Assembly: GCF_001194135.2 (NCBI RefSeq)
Contig: NC_068998.1
Location: 18,328,888 to 18,378,742 of the forward strand
Source of the DNA: Octopus bimaculoides
Lineage: Eukaryota
Direction: 5' to 3'
Length of the DNA stretch: 49,855 bases
Position 1 is the stretch's first letter. Every line of letters starts with the position of its first letter. The translations under genes and the position numbers were made by a program. The notes beneath the pieces are model-generated. The model was not told the DNA's origin and did no database searches. It was given only the letters and a program-made list of their open reading frames with translations. This document shows, in pieces, positions 10,561 through 22,431 of the stretch.

Positions 10561-11104
10561 TCTTTTATCTTTTACTTGCTTCAGTCATTTGACTGCAGCC
10601 ATGCTGGGGCACCACCTTGAAGGGTTTTAGTCATCCCCAGAACTTACTTTTTTAAAGCCTTGTACTTATTCTTTCAATCTAAATTGCTGAACCACGGTGG
10701 GCTTCTTTCAGTTTCCATCTACCAAATCCACTCACAAGGCTTTGGTTGGCTCAAGGCTATAGCAGAAGGCACTTGCTCAAAGTGCCATGCAGTGGAACTG
10801 AACCTGGAGCCATGTAGTTAGGAAGTAAGTTTCTTATTTCTTTATTGCCCACAAGGAGCTAAACATAGAGGGGACAAACAAGGACAGACAAAGGGATTAA
10901 GTCGATTACATCGACCCCAGTGTGTAAATGGTACTTAATTTATCGACCCTGAAAAGATTAAAGGTAAAGTCGACCTCAGCGGAATTTGAACTCAGAATGT
11001 AGAGGCAGATGAAATACCGCTAAGCATTTTGCCCGGCGTGCTAACATTTCTGCCAGCTCGCCACCTTGTTGGGAAGCAAGTTTCTTACCACATAGCTACA
11101 CCTA
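10561..11104 (-). mobile_element. SINE family A, interrupted by a B insertion
   Basis: The A sequence resumes after 11067, with a 20-bp duplicated target. Confidence 0.85.
10837..11067 (-). mobile_element. Young SINE family B insertion with a 20-bp target-site duplication
   Basis: CpG-rich. Flanked by gttaggaagtaagtttctta (10817-10836) and gttgggaagcaagtttctta (11068-11087). Confidence 0.9.
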
Positions 11105-11764
11105 CAGTTCTTTTTCTTTTGGGCTTTTTTTTTTCTTAAACTCTTATTTCAGAATGATACTGATTACTATCAATTTCATGGCACCTTGAAGGATGATAGG
11201 AGTAGCTAAATCAAGTTAGGTTAGGTTTAAACACACAACCTCACATTACCTAACCACATGCTATTTATCAGTTCTGATCCAGCGTACATGGACTAAGTTT
11301 AGTTTTCTAGTGCAAACTACTATATGACCTTTTGCTGCACTCCAAGTAAATTTTATGAGTATAACTAATGAGATAGATAGACAGAGAGAGAGAGAGAGAG
11401 AGGTGGAAGGGAAAGGGAAAAAAAAAACAGAGATGCTGATAAAGGAACAAAATGAATCAAAAATATTGAAAGACTATAGAAATACTGAGTCAGGTTAACA
11501 TGGTAATTTATTGGTAGTAGTAGTAGTAGTAGTAGTGGTTGTTGTTGCTGTTGTTATTGTTGTTGCCGCTGCCGATATTTATATCAGACTACAAAATCAG
11601 TAATCTAATTTTACTCAAAAATATAATCAATAAGCAGATAAGAAATGTTGATATGTGAAAACATTTCAAACAGACAAGAAAGAAAGAGTAAGATGACCAA
11701 GCGCTCTTGATTAATAACTTTCATAGCGTTTTCACCTTTTTAGTTTTATATAAGAGTAAAAGTA

Positions 11765-11885
11765 TAAGTGCATGCATGTGCATGTATATGTACATGTGTG
11801 TGCACATGCATGTGTGTGTGCACACGTGTGAACATGCTTGTGTGTGTGTATGTGTGTATACACACACACACACACACACAAACAC
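11765..11885. repeat. (TG)n/(CA)n with ATGC-type repeats
   Basis: Read directly. Confidence 0.9.
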
Positions 11886-12867
11886 CATGTACTACATTTC
11901 CAGATATTTGTGTGCAATGTGTTCCACTTCACTTAAAAACATTTGATTGTTTTAAAGATCTGAGATATGGCAGTATGTCTTTTTTTTCACCTTTCTTTTC
12001 AGTGACTCTCTTAAATAATGTCACATTTTAAAAAACAGACCAACGGTTTCTTCCAAGAATTAAAAAAAAAAGAAAGAAAGAAAGAAAGAAAGACAAAGGT
12101 GGTGGCATTGCTGAATGGCAGATTGGTGGGTAGGGGGAAACTCACTCAACACAACAATTGCAAAATTCATGCTCAAAATAGCAACAAATGAAACAAAAAT
12201 GAAGTGAAGGAAAAATCCAACACCCCAGGTAGGTCGAAAGGTAACTGTGTGAAAATGACATTTACTTAAACTTGGTCATAACCATGTATGGTATATTTGT
12301 GCCATTTAGAAAACTATCCAAAGACATTTTACTTTCAAAACTCCCATTACATCACCATAAATAGTTGAATTTAATAAATATGCATGCACATGTACACGTA
12401 CACACACAAACAGGTGCAATTACACACATACTGATGTAACTGTAATTTGCTATTATTTCAGGAAATATTTAGTGAACTGAATATCATTCTGAAAAATCTA
12501 AATATTTAAAAGCTTACTATATAAGCGTTTGCTATTCAGATATATAAGAGGTAGGCTGTAAGTCGATACTAGCACACCTCTGTAAAGCAATTTACATTTC
12601 TTATGAAATAAAACCAATTGTAACTAGAGTAATTAGGCAGTGTTAAGTTAGATTTCATGTTTCCTTTAACATTTAAGCATTCTTATTACTAATGGCATAG
12701 ACGGAACGACCCTACGCAGATCTGACTAACTGTTTATGGGTAATGTAAACATGGTAAAATAAAAGTATAATGAAATACATGATGGACAGGAAGCTGCATA
12801 CATATGAGATAATTTATAACATAGTCATACAAAGAAATATAAAAAATAAATATTAAAAATATTTTAA

Positions 12868-13040
12868 AAAAGCACTGTCTGCTCTGTAAGGTGGTTGGTA
12901 TTAGAAAGGGCATCCAGCCATAGAAGCCATGCCAAAATAGACAGTGAAGCCTGGTGCAGTCTTCTGGCTTGCCAGCTCCTGTCAAACTGTCCAGCCCATG
13001 ATAGCATGGAAAATAGCTGTTAAATGAAGACTATGATGGA
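12868..13040 (+). mobile_element. RTE 3' UTR copy (family C)
   Basis: aaaagcac...ggttggtattagaaagggcatccagcc...ccagcccatgatagcatggaaa. Confidence 0.8.
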
Positions 13041-13404
13041 TAGATAGATATAGCAGAAAATAAATTGGAGAATCAAGAGAATGACAGTTCATAGTTATTC
13101 CTCACTGAAAAGTATAAATCCTGAAAGCCCATGCTGTGATTGTCACTGATGAAAGAGGGAATTTTGTGTAGTCCTTCTATTTCCTTGACTTTTTACCAGT
13201 AGCCTTGACGCTTTACCAGTAGCCAACTCCTATTTGTATCCCTTCCTTTGATGTTAGATTTCAAGTACTGGGTCTGGTCTGAGTGCTTATTGTCTGTATC
13301 TATTGTATCACATTTTTTTGATGTCTTCTTAACAATCAAATAAGTAACGAATTGAAATCTGGTATTTTGCTTCCAAGATGGGCATTATGTTCTGTGTTGC
13401 TTCT

Positions 13405-13855
13405 GTTCGCTTAAACAGGACCTGAACAAGTTCAAGGTGTTCCAAATGCAGTGTCTTTGTCAGATCCTTGGTGTCTCTCAACACAACTGAATCTCAAACA
13501 ACAACATCCAAGAACAATGCCAGAAGCAGCAGCTGACCCTTAAAGACCAAATCCAGCAGTGCCAACTACAGTGGTTTTGCCACATCTGCAGTATGAGCAC
13601 TAGAAGACTGCCACACCAAATTTTGTTGTGGCAGCAACCCACACACTGGAGAATCCAGTGCAGTGCACCAAAGAAGACGTGGGCAAAACAAACAGAGGAA
13701 GACCTGAAGTTGCAGCACCTCAACCTCAAGCATGGATTAGAAAGCATGGAATAACATCATCACCAGAGTCTGCCGTCCTGCAGCACTCACAGCAGCATAT
13801 TGGCTGAGAGGACAGCCTCCCCTTCCAATTTCCAGCTAGAGATTTTACTTAGTTA
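13405..13855 (+). mobile_element. RTE-clade LINE 3' fragment (post-RT C-terminus, (TTAC)-like tail)
   Basis: Translates to DLNKFKVFQMQCLCQILGVS...QLQWFCHICSMSTRRLPHQILLW...APKKTWAKQTEEDLK, matching the RTE ORF2 C-terminal pattern (L.WFGH..RM...RLP; RPKKTW). Confidence 0.8.
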
Positions 13856-13939
13856 CTTTTATTTAAACCTTGTTGTTGGGAAGAAGTACCAAATTTTCTG
13901 AGGAAAAATGAACATAAAGATGACTCCCATCGACACATC

Positions 13940-14060
13940 ATCATCATTTTAATGTTCACTTTCTCATACCTGCATGAATCAGATGGGATTCACTGTACCA
14001 GATTTCAGTCTGATTTGACATCGTTTCTATGGATGGATGCTCTTTCAAACACCAGTCTTA
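13940..14060 (-). mobile_element. RTE 3' UTR-like copy, degenerate
   Basis: catcatcatcattttaatgttcacttttc...ctatggatggatgctcttt. Confidence 0.55.
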
Positions 14061-14744
14061 AATGAATAATCCAAAATATTTGAATTCCATAGATAGGCTT
14101 CAAAACATTTACATTCTAACTATATATGACTAGACTGATAATTCTAGTAATTTTAGAACAATAAGTTAACTATTTTTTTTCTATATTTTGAATTCTTTCA
14201 TTTGCAATTATTTCTTACATTGGACAATTTATAAATTTCTTTTCCTAAATTCAATTACACATATATTTTTTTACATTCCTTATATACATATATTGGTAAA
14301 TTATCCTACCCTTCTTATAGTTCCTTATATTTTCTTATACTAGTTATACTGCCAACCAATAAAGCCCTATTGTTCCAATTTATGAAATTAAAACTTTTGC
14401 TATCTCCATTGTATGTCTATTATATAGCTTCCCTATGATCAATTTTTCATACCATCTGAAAATCAGAAACAAAAACACTCAGAGTAATAATTTGTGAATA
14501 TTTTGGTGAGGTATGCTGGTGAAAAAAAGCCAACATTAGCAAGCAATAAACTGACAAACTGGTGCTATCAAACAAAATGACCCTGTCATATCTGTTCTGC
14601 ACATGTTTCACTAATGCTCATGTGTCACAGTGACCATCACGAATACAGTGAACCAGTGACTGGTTTGTTAGAAATCTGCACCAATCATATTGTGATCAAA
14701 AGATGAAGATAAGTCCTCTTTGAGGGACAAAATTGTGTAAGAGA

Positions 14745-14935
14745 GAGAGGGAGAGAGAGAGACAATGATAGACAGAAAGTGGAAGAGAAAGATAGAGAGA
14801 GGAAGGGGAGGAGAAATAGGAGAGGAGAGACAGAGAGGAGAGGAGAGAGAGGTAGAGGAGAGAAGGGGAGGAGAAGAGAGAGGGAGTAGAAGGGGAAGAG
14901 AAGAAAGAGGGAGTAGGAGGGGCAGAGACAGACGT
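14745..14935. repeat. GA-rich polypurine tract
   Basis: Read directly. Confidence 0.9.
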
Positions 14936-17076
14936 GGTTCACTGCCAGTGATGGCTTAAACAATATAATTAGCAAGTATTAAACCTTAACTCCACCAGTT
15001 CACAAAGCTAATGAAGGAGAAAGAAGTATTGCAACAGAATTACAACTTCCAGGCTTCAGAAAGCTCAAGTGTAGAGTAAGAGATCCAATATTATCTGTGA
15101 ATTTGTCTCAACCAGTTTCGCTACCATTCAACAGTACACGTGTAAGGAACAGTAGCCTAATAAGACTCAGGTTCATCCTCCAGTATCTAAATCTGATAAA
15201 TAACAGCAACAGTAGCAACTGTGCTATTCTTACTCAGTGTGAAAACAAAATATGTTATAAATACATAGTAACTATATCAGTTTACTTTCTTTATTTTTCA
15301 CTAGACTATATTTCAGCAGTGGAAATGGGGGAGTAAGACATTCATGTGTTCTTGAAGGGCACGAGTGGTGTAAATAAAGTAAAATGTCTTCATCAGAAGA
15401 TTAAAAACCATATAACAAGTTCTCGGTTTGTTAAGAACTTCTCTCTTATTCTATGCCACTCACTACCATAGAATATAGGCAAAGTCGTATTTGAACAAAG
15501 TGATATGACCAGAAGAGTAATAGTGCAGAGAGAGATAAAGTGGGGGAGGATGAGTGCAACAGAGTTTGTGTTCGGTAAAAATTGTATGAAAAATATCAAG
15601 GGTAAAAAATAAACCATTTAAAATCCTTTATTCTATTTTGAGAGCAATTCTTTATTTTTTATTCATCTATTTTTCCATACTCTGTTCCAAGTTATCTGCC
15701 AGCAGTTGCATGTTTCTTCAAATTCACACATATATTTAATTAAAGCAATATTTTACAGACGGATGCATTTTCCAATACAAGTAGCTGAAGCATCAAAAAC
15801 AAAAACTAAAAAATGGTTGCAAGTAACTTCACTCGTGCAGACTTAGACAAGAGTTAAAACAATGCTAGAGCTTAGAGCTTTTCTAGATTATCATAATTGT
15901 CTTTTGTATTTCTATTCCCATTTCAATCAGAATAGTCTTCAATTGTCATTATATGCCACATTGCCAAAGGGTGATTAATCTATCAACCATTAAAAAGCTA
16001 TGGAAACTGGACTTAAGCATTAAATTTACTCATCCTCATAATTAGTGAAATAATTGTGTGGGCCATCATTATATTTTAGTTAAATAAATATCAGAAGAGT
16101 CAGAAAAGATTCATTCAATTAAAACAATAACTAATAATTGGCTTTCTTTTCCCACTATTCTTTAAATAGTGTGTATGCATGTGTGTGTGTGTGTGTGTGT
16201 GTCACTATCTATCTATCTATATCTACATATATAAAATTCTTTGTATGTCTGACTGTCTGTTCCCTATGCATTCTCAAATGGCTCGACCACATCAGATCAA
16301 ATTTTACAAGGTAATTGTATCAGATCCTGTGACTGTCAACATGCAATTTTGTTTTTTCATTTGGATTAAAACAATATAACATTGGCACTGGTTCAGTATT
16401 ACGTTTCAAAAGTGAAAGAATAAGATCTATATTGTAATTTAATATAATATTGTTTCACTTTTATTCTTTCACTTTTAATTCTAATTTGATAAGCCTATAA
16501 TATTGTTTCACTTTTATTGTTCACTTTTAATTCTAATGTGATAACACTAAGATGATCTTATTTCTGTTATATTTGAAATAAATAATTTATATCCTAATGT
16601 GAACAACATTACACATCGGCAAATTTCTGTCTTTACAGTCACGACAGCAGAATGGTGTGCCAGTGTATGTGTTGACTGACATAACAAACAACTGGAAGTG
16701 AAACTCTTGACAAAAAACAATGAAGTGGCAGGCCCAAGGTATATAAAAATACACATTTACCATTCAATTACTAGTTAATAATTATCACAATAGTTGCAAG
16801 GTTTCAAGGTGTTTACGATTACATATTTGCCCTAAAATTAACATTTAATACATGTGCTTAATATATAGATATTAAGAAATTTATCTATGATAATTATTGT
16901 GGCATTTACTGTTAAGTTAGCAGTTCATACATGTGCTTCTATTTGGTTAATTTATACTGCATGCAAAAATAAAGACATACTGCATACATACATACATACA
17001 ACTGCTTACAAAAATAGAGATTAGTGTATAATTTTTTCTATGTTCATAATTTTTGGTTTACAATATTGAAAGAATT

Positions 17077-17335
17077 ATGCCACCAAAGAAAAGAAAAGAA
17101 AAGATGTACTCTCTCCAGAAACAAGTATAAAGCAAGAAGGATTGTAAAAAAACCAAAGGCAAGAGTCTCAAGATAGAAGGGAGATGAGACTTTCTCAAGA
17201 TCAGCAAATGCATGCTGCAGAACGTCAAATAGAGTCACAATAGAGAAGGGAAATGAGACTTTCCCAAGAACAGCACGTCAAATGGAGATTCAAGGGAAAA
17301 GGGAGATGGGACTTTCTCACGATCAGCACAAATTA
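17077..17335 (+). pseudogene. Helitron-like N-terminal relic with 23-aa STPR-like repeats
   Basis: An ATG at 17077 (MPPKKRK) is followed by three imperfect repeats starting at 17163, 17232 and 17285. The first period is 69 bp, ESQDRREMRLSQDQQMHAAERQI. Frameshifts and a stop are present. Confidence 0.55.
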
Positions 17336-17558
17336 ACAACCACAGTTCCTCCAAATTTACATTATGAGTGATGTAGGACAACAAACCCGATGGAAGTGTC
17401 AAAATTTCAGACGATGGGTCGTGTTAGATGTAGTGCCGATTGCCACAAAGGAGAGTATATCCACTGACAGTTTTGTGGTGCGTTAAAAAATCACATACCC
17501 TCCATCTCCAATTTTCCATGACAGGCTGGGGCTTGGAATACTCAAAATGATTATTTAA

Positions 17559-17616
<58 letters not shown>

Positions 17617-18443
17617 NNNNNNNNNNNNNNNNNNNNNNNNNNNNNNNNNNNNNNNNNNNNNNNNNNNNNNNNNNNNNNNNNNNNNNNNNNNNNNNNNNNN
17701 NNNNNNNNNNNNNNNNNNNNNNNNNNNNNNNNNNNNNNNNNNNNNNNNNNNNNNNNNNNNNNNNNNNNNNNNNNNNNNNNNNNNNNNNNNNNNNNNNNNN
17801 NNNNNNNNNNNNNNNNNNNNNNNNNNNNNNNNNNNNNNNNNNNNNNNNNNNNNNNNNNNNNNNNNNNNNNNNNNNNNNNNNNNNNNNNNNNNNNNNNNNN
17901 NNNNNNNNNNNNNNNNNNNNNNNNNNNNNNNNNNNNNNNNNNNNNNNNNNNNNNNNNNNNNNNNNNNNNNNNNNNNNNNNNNNNNNNNNNNNNNNNNNNN
18001 NNNNNNNNNNNNNNNNNNNNNNNNNNNNNNNNNNNNNNNNNNNNNNNNNNNNNNNNNNNNNNNNNNNNNNNNNNNNNNNNNNNNNNNNNNNNNNNNNNNN
18101 NNNNNNNNNNNNNNNNNNNNNNNNNNNNNNNNNNNNNNNNNNNNNNNNNNNNNNNNNNNNNNNNNNNNNNNNNNNNNNNNNNNNNNNNNNNNNNNNNNNN
18201 NNNNNNNNNNNNNNNNNNNNNNNNNNNNNNNNNNNNNNNNNNNNNNNNNNNNNNNNNNNNNNNNNNNNNNNNNNNNNNNNNNNNNNNNNNNNNNNNNNNN
18301 NNNNNNNNNNNNNNNNNNNNNNNNNNNNNNNNNNNNNNNNNNNNNNNNNNNNNNNNNNNNNNNNNNNNNNNNNNNNNNNNNNNNNNNNNNNNNNNNNNNN
18401 NNNNNNNNNNNNNNNNNNNNNNNNNNNNNNNNNNNNNNNNNNN
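17617..18443. other. Assembly gap (N run)
   Basis: N run after (CA)n(TA)n. Confidence 1.
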
Positions 18444-18480
18444 AGCAAGCTACTTACCACACAGCCACTCCTGCGCCTAT
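18444..18480 (-). mobile_element. SINE family A 5' end emerging from the gap
   Basis: agcaagctacttaccacacagccactcctgcgcctat is nearly identical to 135-172. Confidence 0.85.
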
Positions 18481-18819
18481 ATACATATGTTTTTTTTCAT
18501 AGTTTAATTTTTCTTAAAGAAACACTCAACTTTCCCCACCCATCAACTCCTAGTTATCAAAAAGCTAAAATATCCCTATCTTTCACTTTTGTCTGATGCT
18601 TCCCACTTGCATAGAACTGTACTGAAATAATAAATGTAGAAAATACCCGACCACGACCAGAAAACCTGACATGCTAGAAACAACAGGTAAATGACATTAT
18701 TTCTGAAGAAACATCCCTGCTTTCCAAAAAGCTAAAAGTGAAACATTAGGAGTGTGTAGCTTTTTGAAAGAGGTGAGGTGATGGGCAAAATTCTTAAAGA
18801 TTCATACTTTCTGTTTTTT

Positions 18820-18960
18820 CTTCATGGATTAGCAAGAATAAACATTTGAAAGAAGTAAAAAATGAATTTGGTGTGGAGAGGGAGAAAATTAAAATATTGA
18901 GAATGTGTTTTGTGGGTGAAATCGTAATCTCTAGTATCACAAACATAGGAATCACAAAAA
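18820..18960 (+). mobile_element. Very degenerate RT fragment, possibly RTE
   Basis: KEVKNEFGVEREKIKILRMCFVGEIVISS loosely resembles the KEVKEKF..G..I.MLRFADDIV region. Confidence 0.3.
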
Positions 18961-19135
18961 ATTTAGGAAAAAAAATAGGGGGAGGGGGCAGAAACGTCAC
19001 CTCAGACATGCTAGAAAGAAGAGGTAAAGGACAGGATTTCTGGGAAAACTTCCTTTTAAGTTTATATTGAAGATCAAATTTTTAAATATGTTCATCACAA
19101 ACACAAATTACACAATAGAAAAAGATAATTTCAAT

Positions 19136-19405
19136 TAGTGGTTAGGGGGTTGGACTCAATCATAAGATTGTGGTTTCAATTCCTGGTCTGGGTGATGCGT
19201 TGTGTTCTTGAGCAAAACATTTCACCTCACGTTGTACCAGGCCACTCAGCTGTAGGAATGGGTACCTCTAGTGTAAGCATGTGACTTAGTGGTTATGGTG
19301 TTGGATTCACAACTATAATATTGTGGTTTTGATTCCTGGACCAGGCAATCTGTTGTGTTCTTGAGCAAAACACCTCACTTCACATTGCTTCAGTCCGCTC
19401 AGGTT
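19136..19405 (+). mobile_element. Tandem pair of SINE family E heads
   Basis: tagtggtta.gg.gttgga.tca..a..ataa.attgtggttt..attcctgg...ttgtgttcttgagcaaaaca occurs twice (about 19136 and 19287). Confidence 0.8.
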
Positions 19406-19964
19406 GAATGATCCCAAAATTATGTGAAGGTTTACAGAGTACATTGCAGAAAAGAAAAGATTTTTTTTTGTAATATAAAAAGTTTCTTTTTTTCAAAATT
19501 CTTTATAGCTGACACACACACACAAACAAACAAACCAACAAACAAATGGATGTAAAGCCAAACTGCTGAAAGCAGTTCACTTCACAATTAATAGCAATGA
19601 GAGCTAAAATCATTTTCTCAAATTAAACATTAAAGTAGTCATTTTTTAATAATTGTTTGCATGAATCGATAGATAAATTGTTTTTATGCTGGCGGAGAGT
19701 GTAATATTGAATATAACCTTTTTTTTTTATACATATATTATTACAAAATAAATTATTAATTTTGATGATCCAAAATAAAGATTATATCTGAATGTCTTTT
19801 CTTCAGCAGAGAACCTATCACACAGAATTTCTGATTGTTAGAGCTTTCTTTAAAACAAATTCAAATGTAAGGGTATCAAAAAAGAGTCTATTTACAAAAA
19901 GATAAAAAACAGAAATCAAAATACTTTTAGTCTTCTACTTGTTTCAGTCATTTGATTGTGGTCA

Positions 19965-20140
19965 TGCTGTGTAGCTAAGAAGCTTGTTGTGTAACTACAA
20001 GATTTTGGGTTCAGTCCAACTGTTCAGCACCTTGGGCAAATATCTTCTACTATAGTTCAGGGATGACCAATGCCTTTTCAGTGAATTTGATAAATGGAGA
20101 CTGTGTGAAAGCTTGTATGTGTGTGTGTGTGTGTGTGTGT
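19965..20140 (+). mobile_element. SINE family A head followed by (TG)n
   Basis: gctgtgtagctaagaagcttg...gggttcagtcc...ccttgggcaaatatcttctactatag. Confidence 0.8.
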
Positions 20141-20149
20141 CTGTCTGTC

Positions 20150-20542
20150 TTTTATCTTTTACTTATTTCAGTTATTACACTGCAGCCATGATGAGGTACT
20201 ACCTTGCAGGGTTTAGTCGAACAACTTGACCCCAGTACTTTTTTCTAAGCCTGGTACTTATTCTATCAATCTCTTTTCACAAAACTTCTAAGTTACAGGG
20301 ACATAAGCAAACCAACATTGGTTGTCAAGCAGTGGTAGTGGACAAACACACACCAAGACGCACATACATACATATATACATGAAGGATTTCTTTCAGTTT
20401 CTATCTACCAAATCCATTCGCAAGGTTTTGGTCAGTCCGGTGCTATGGTAGAAAACACTTTCTCAAGGTTCCACCCAGTGGGATTGCTCTTGGAACCATG
20501 TGGTTGAGAAGCAAACTTCTTACCATACAGCTATGCCTGCAT
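20150..20542 (-). mobile_element. SINE family A, full length
   Basis: Tail, body and head are all homologous to 29090-29471. Confidence 0.85.
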
Positions 20543-20555
20543 ATATACATAGGTA

Positions 20556-20809
20556 CAGGGTGTGATGGGTAAATTGTCACCATTTTATATTTTTAATTTC
20601 ATGCATGTGCAGAATAGTAGAGTCAGTTGGGCATCATCTGTAAGAAAATCAGCACCATGACGCAATTCACTCTGCCAGAAGCTTGGAAACAGCATGCTGT
20701 ACTGCTTGGCATTTATACCAGAAGCTCCAAATATATCTGTTAAAATGAGATGTCAGTGCTATTTCCATTTTTGCATAATTTAGACGGCAGTTTATTCACC
20801 GCACCTTGT
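20556..20809 (+). mobile_element. Tc1/mariner-type MITE or internal-deletion derivative
   Basis: TA-cagggtgtgatgggtaaattgtca ... cggcagttttattcaccgcaccttg-TA form imperfect TIRs; an ATG-initiated remnant reads MTQFTLPEAWKQHAVLLGI. Confidence 0.65.
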
Positions 20810-20877
20810 ACATGTGTATGCCATTGTGTTTATCCCTCACCAGCACTACCACTATCACTTGACAACAGGTGTTGGTT

Positions 20878-21100
20878 AAGAGCGCGGGCTACTAACCCCA
20901 AGATTTCGAGTTCCATTCCAGACAGTGACCTGAATAATAACGGTGACAACGACAACGATGTCTAAAAATACCTCAGGAATGAGAACACAGGTTCGAAATT
21001 TCCCCAAGTCATCTGATGAAGGCTGGAGGGTATATCAGCTGAAATGTTATGTTAACAACAAACAAGATGAAGACAAATATCCGTCAAATGTAAATAATGT
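20878..21100 (+). mobile_element. 223-bp tRNA-headed insertion carrying a hammerhead motif, with an 11-bp TSD
   Basis: The TSD AGGTGTTGGTT lies at 20867-20877 and 21101-21111. tRNA-like head: GGTTAAG, GGG-CTACTAA-CCC, GAGTTCCATTCC. Hammerhead core at 21013-21048. Confidence 0.8.
21010..21051 (+). ncRNA. Minimal hammerhead ribozyme motif (type I-like, partly decayed)
   Basis: CAT-CTGATGA-A-GGCTG-gagggtatat-CAGCT-GAAA-TGTT-ATG; stems I and II can pair. Confidence 0.65.
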
Positions 21101-22207
21101 AGGTGTTGGTTTGTTTATGTCCCCATAACACAGCGGTTCGGTAATAAGTTGACTGATAGAATAAGTGTCAGACATAAATAAATAAAAAAAAGTACTGGGG
21201 TTGATTTGTTCAAGTGAACTCTTCAAGGTGATAACCCAACATGGCTGCAGTCCAATGACTGAAACTCATGAAAGATGGAAGGTATATATTTAAAGGTAGA
21301 AAAAATTGAGAAATATGGAAAAATATACTTTGTATAAGAAGATAGTTTCCTAACTAAGACATGTTATTTTTCTCATAAACTACAAAGCAATATGATCCCT
21401 TAAACCCTTGTTCAAGAGACAAGGTAAAGCAATTTTTCCTACATGAATATTAAGTGTAAGGTTTTATAATATATGGAACAAAATCAAATATAAATCAAAG
21501 AGAAAATATTTTCTTGTCTTACGTTGCTGATATTGATTTTGGTGTAATGACAACAATAATCCATGTTTCTTTTTTAAGCATGTAATTCAATGCCACAAGC
21601 CATTGTTGTTTAAATATGACTGCAAACTGTAATTGATATATAGGCCTAGTGTAACTACTGTGAACAGCCATTGTAATCGCTGTTAACAAATAGTATAACA
21701 ACTGCTATTATGTATTTATGTGTGTGTGTCTGTGTTTGTAGCTGTAAATCTACATGCACAGTCATATATTAAGTATGCACAAACATCTAAATAGCATAAA
21801 TCTTGATTATATATTTATTATCAGCGGATTAGCAGAGTTGTTACAGTATTAGATAGAATTCCTTGTGGTATTTTGTTCTGATCCTTTGTTTTCTGAGTTC
21901 AAATCCTATCAAAGGACAACCTTGCCTTTCATCTTTTTCAGAGCTAAAGAAAAACTACATCTTGGAGTAATCAGAAGGTCCCACTTTCAAATCTCCCTAT
22001 CCAATTCCAGTCCTAATATTGTCTACCAACTTTAAAGATATGAAAAACCTTTTGTCCTATTTGAACTCTGACCTAGAAGGCATAGGAAACATTATTCTGT
22101 AAATAAATAAATTCAATTTCCTATTTGTATTTCTATATGTAAATAAAAGTTTGTGTGTATATGTGTGTGTACCATGCATTTTAAAAATTTACCCTATATA
22201 GTTTACT

Positions 22208-22372
22208 NNNNNNNNNNNNNNNNNNNNNNNNNNNNNNNNNNNNNNNNNNNNNNNNNNNNNNNNNNNNNNNNNNNNNNNNNNNNNNNNNNNNNNNNNNNNN
22301 NNNNNNNNNNNNNNNNNNNNNNNNNNNNNNNNNNNNNNNNNNNNNNNNNNNNNNNNNNNNNNNNNNNNNNNN
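22208..22372. other. Assembly gap (N run)
   Basis: N run followed by a long (CA)n to 22429. Confidence 1.

Positions 22373-22431
<59 letters not shown>

Larger units (their letters stand above)
20812..21275 (+). mobile_element. SINE family A body, interrupted at 20878-21100
   Basis: cacttgacaacaggtgttggt continues as ttgtttatgtccccataac after the insertion. Confidence 0.8.

Noticed and set aside
15370-15400. Minus-strand CTGATGAAGAC
   Set aside because: No complementary stem II arm and no GAAA follow.
17555-18460. 301-aa ORF
   Set aside because: Almost entirely X residues from the assembly gap.
20889-20896. TACTAAC branch-point consensus
   Set aside because: It coincides with the anticodon-like loop of the tRNA-derived head, and no acceptor follows.
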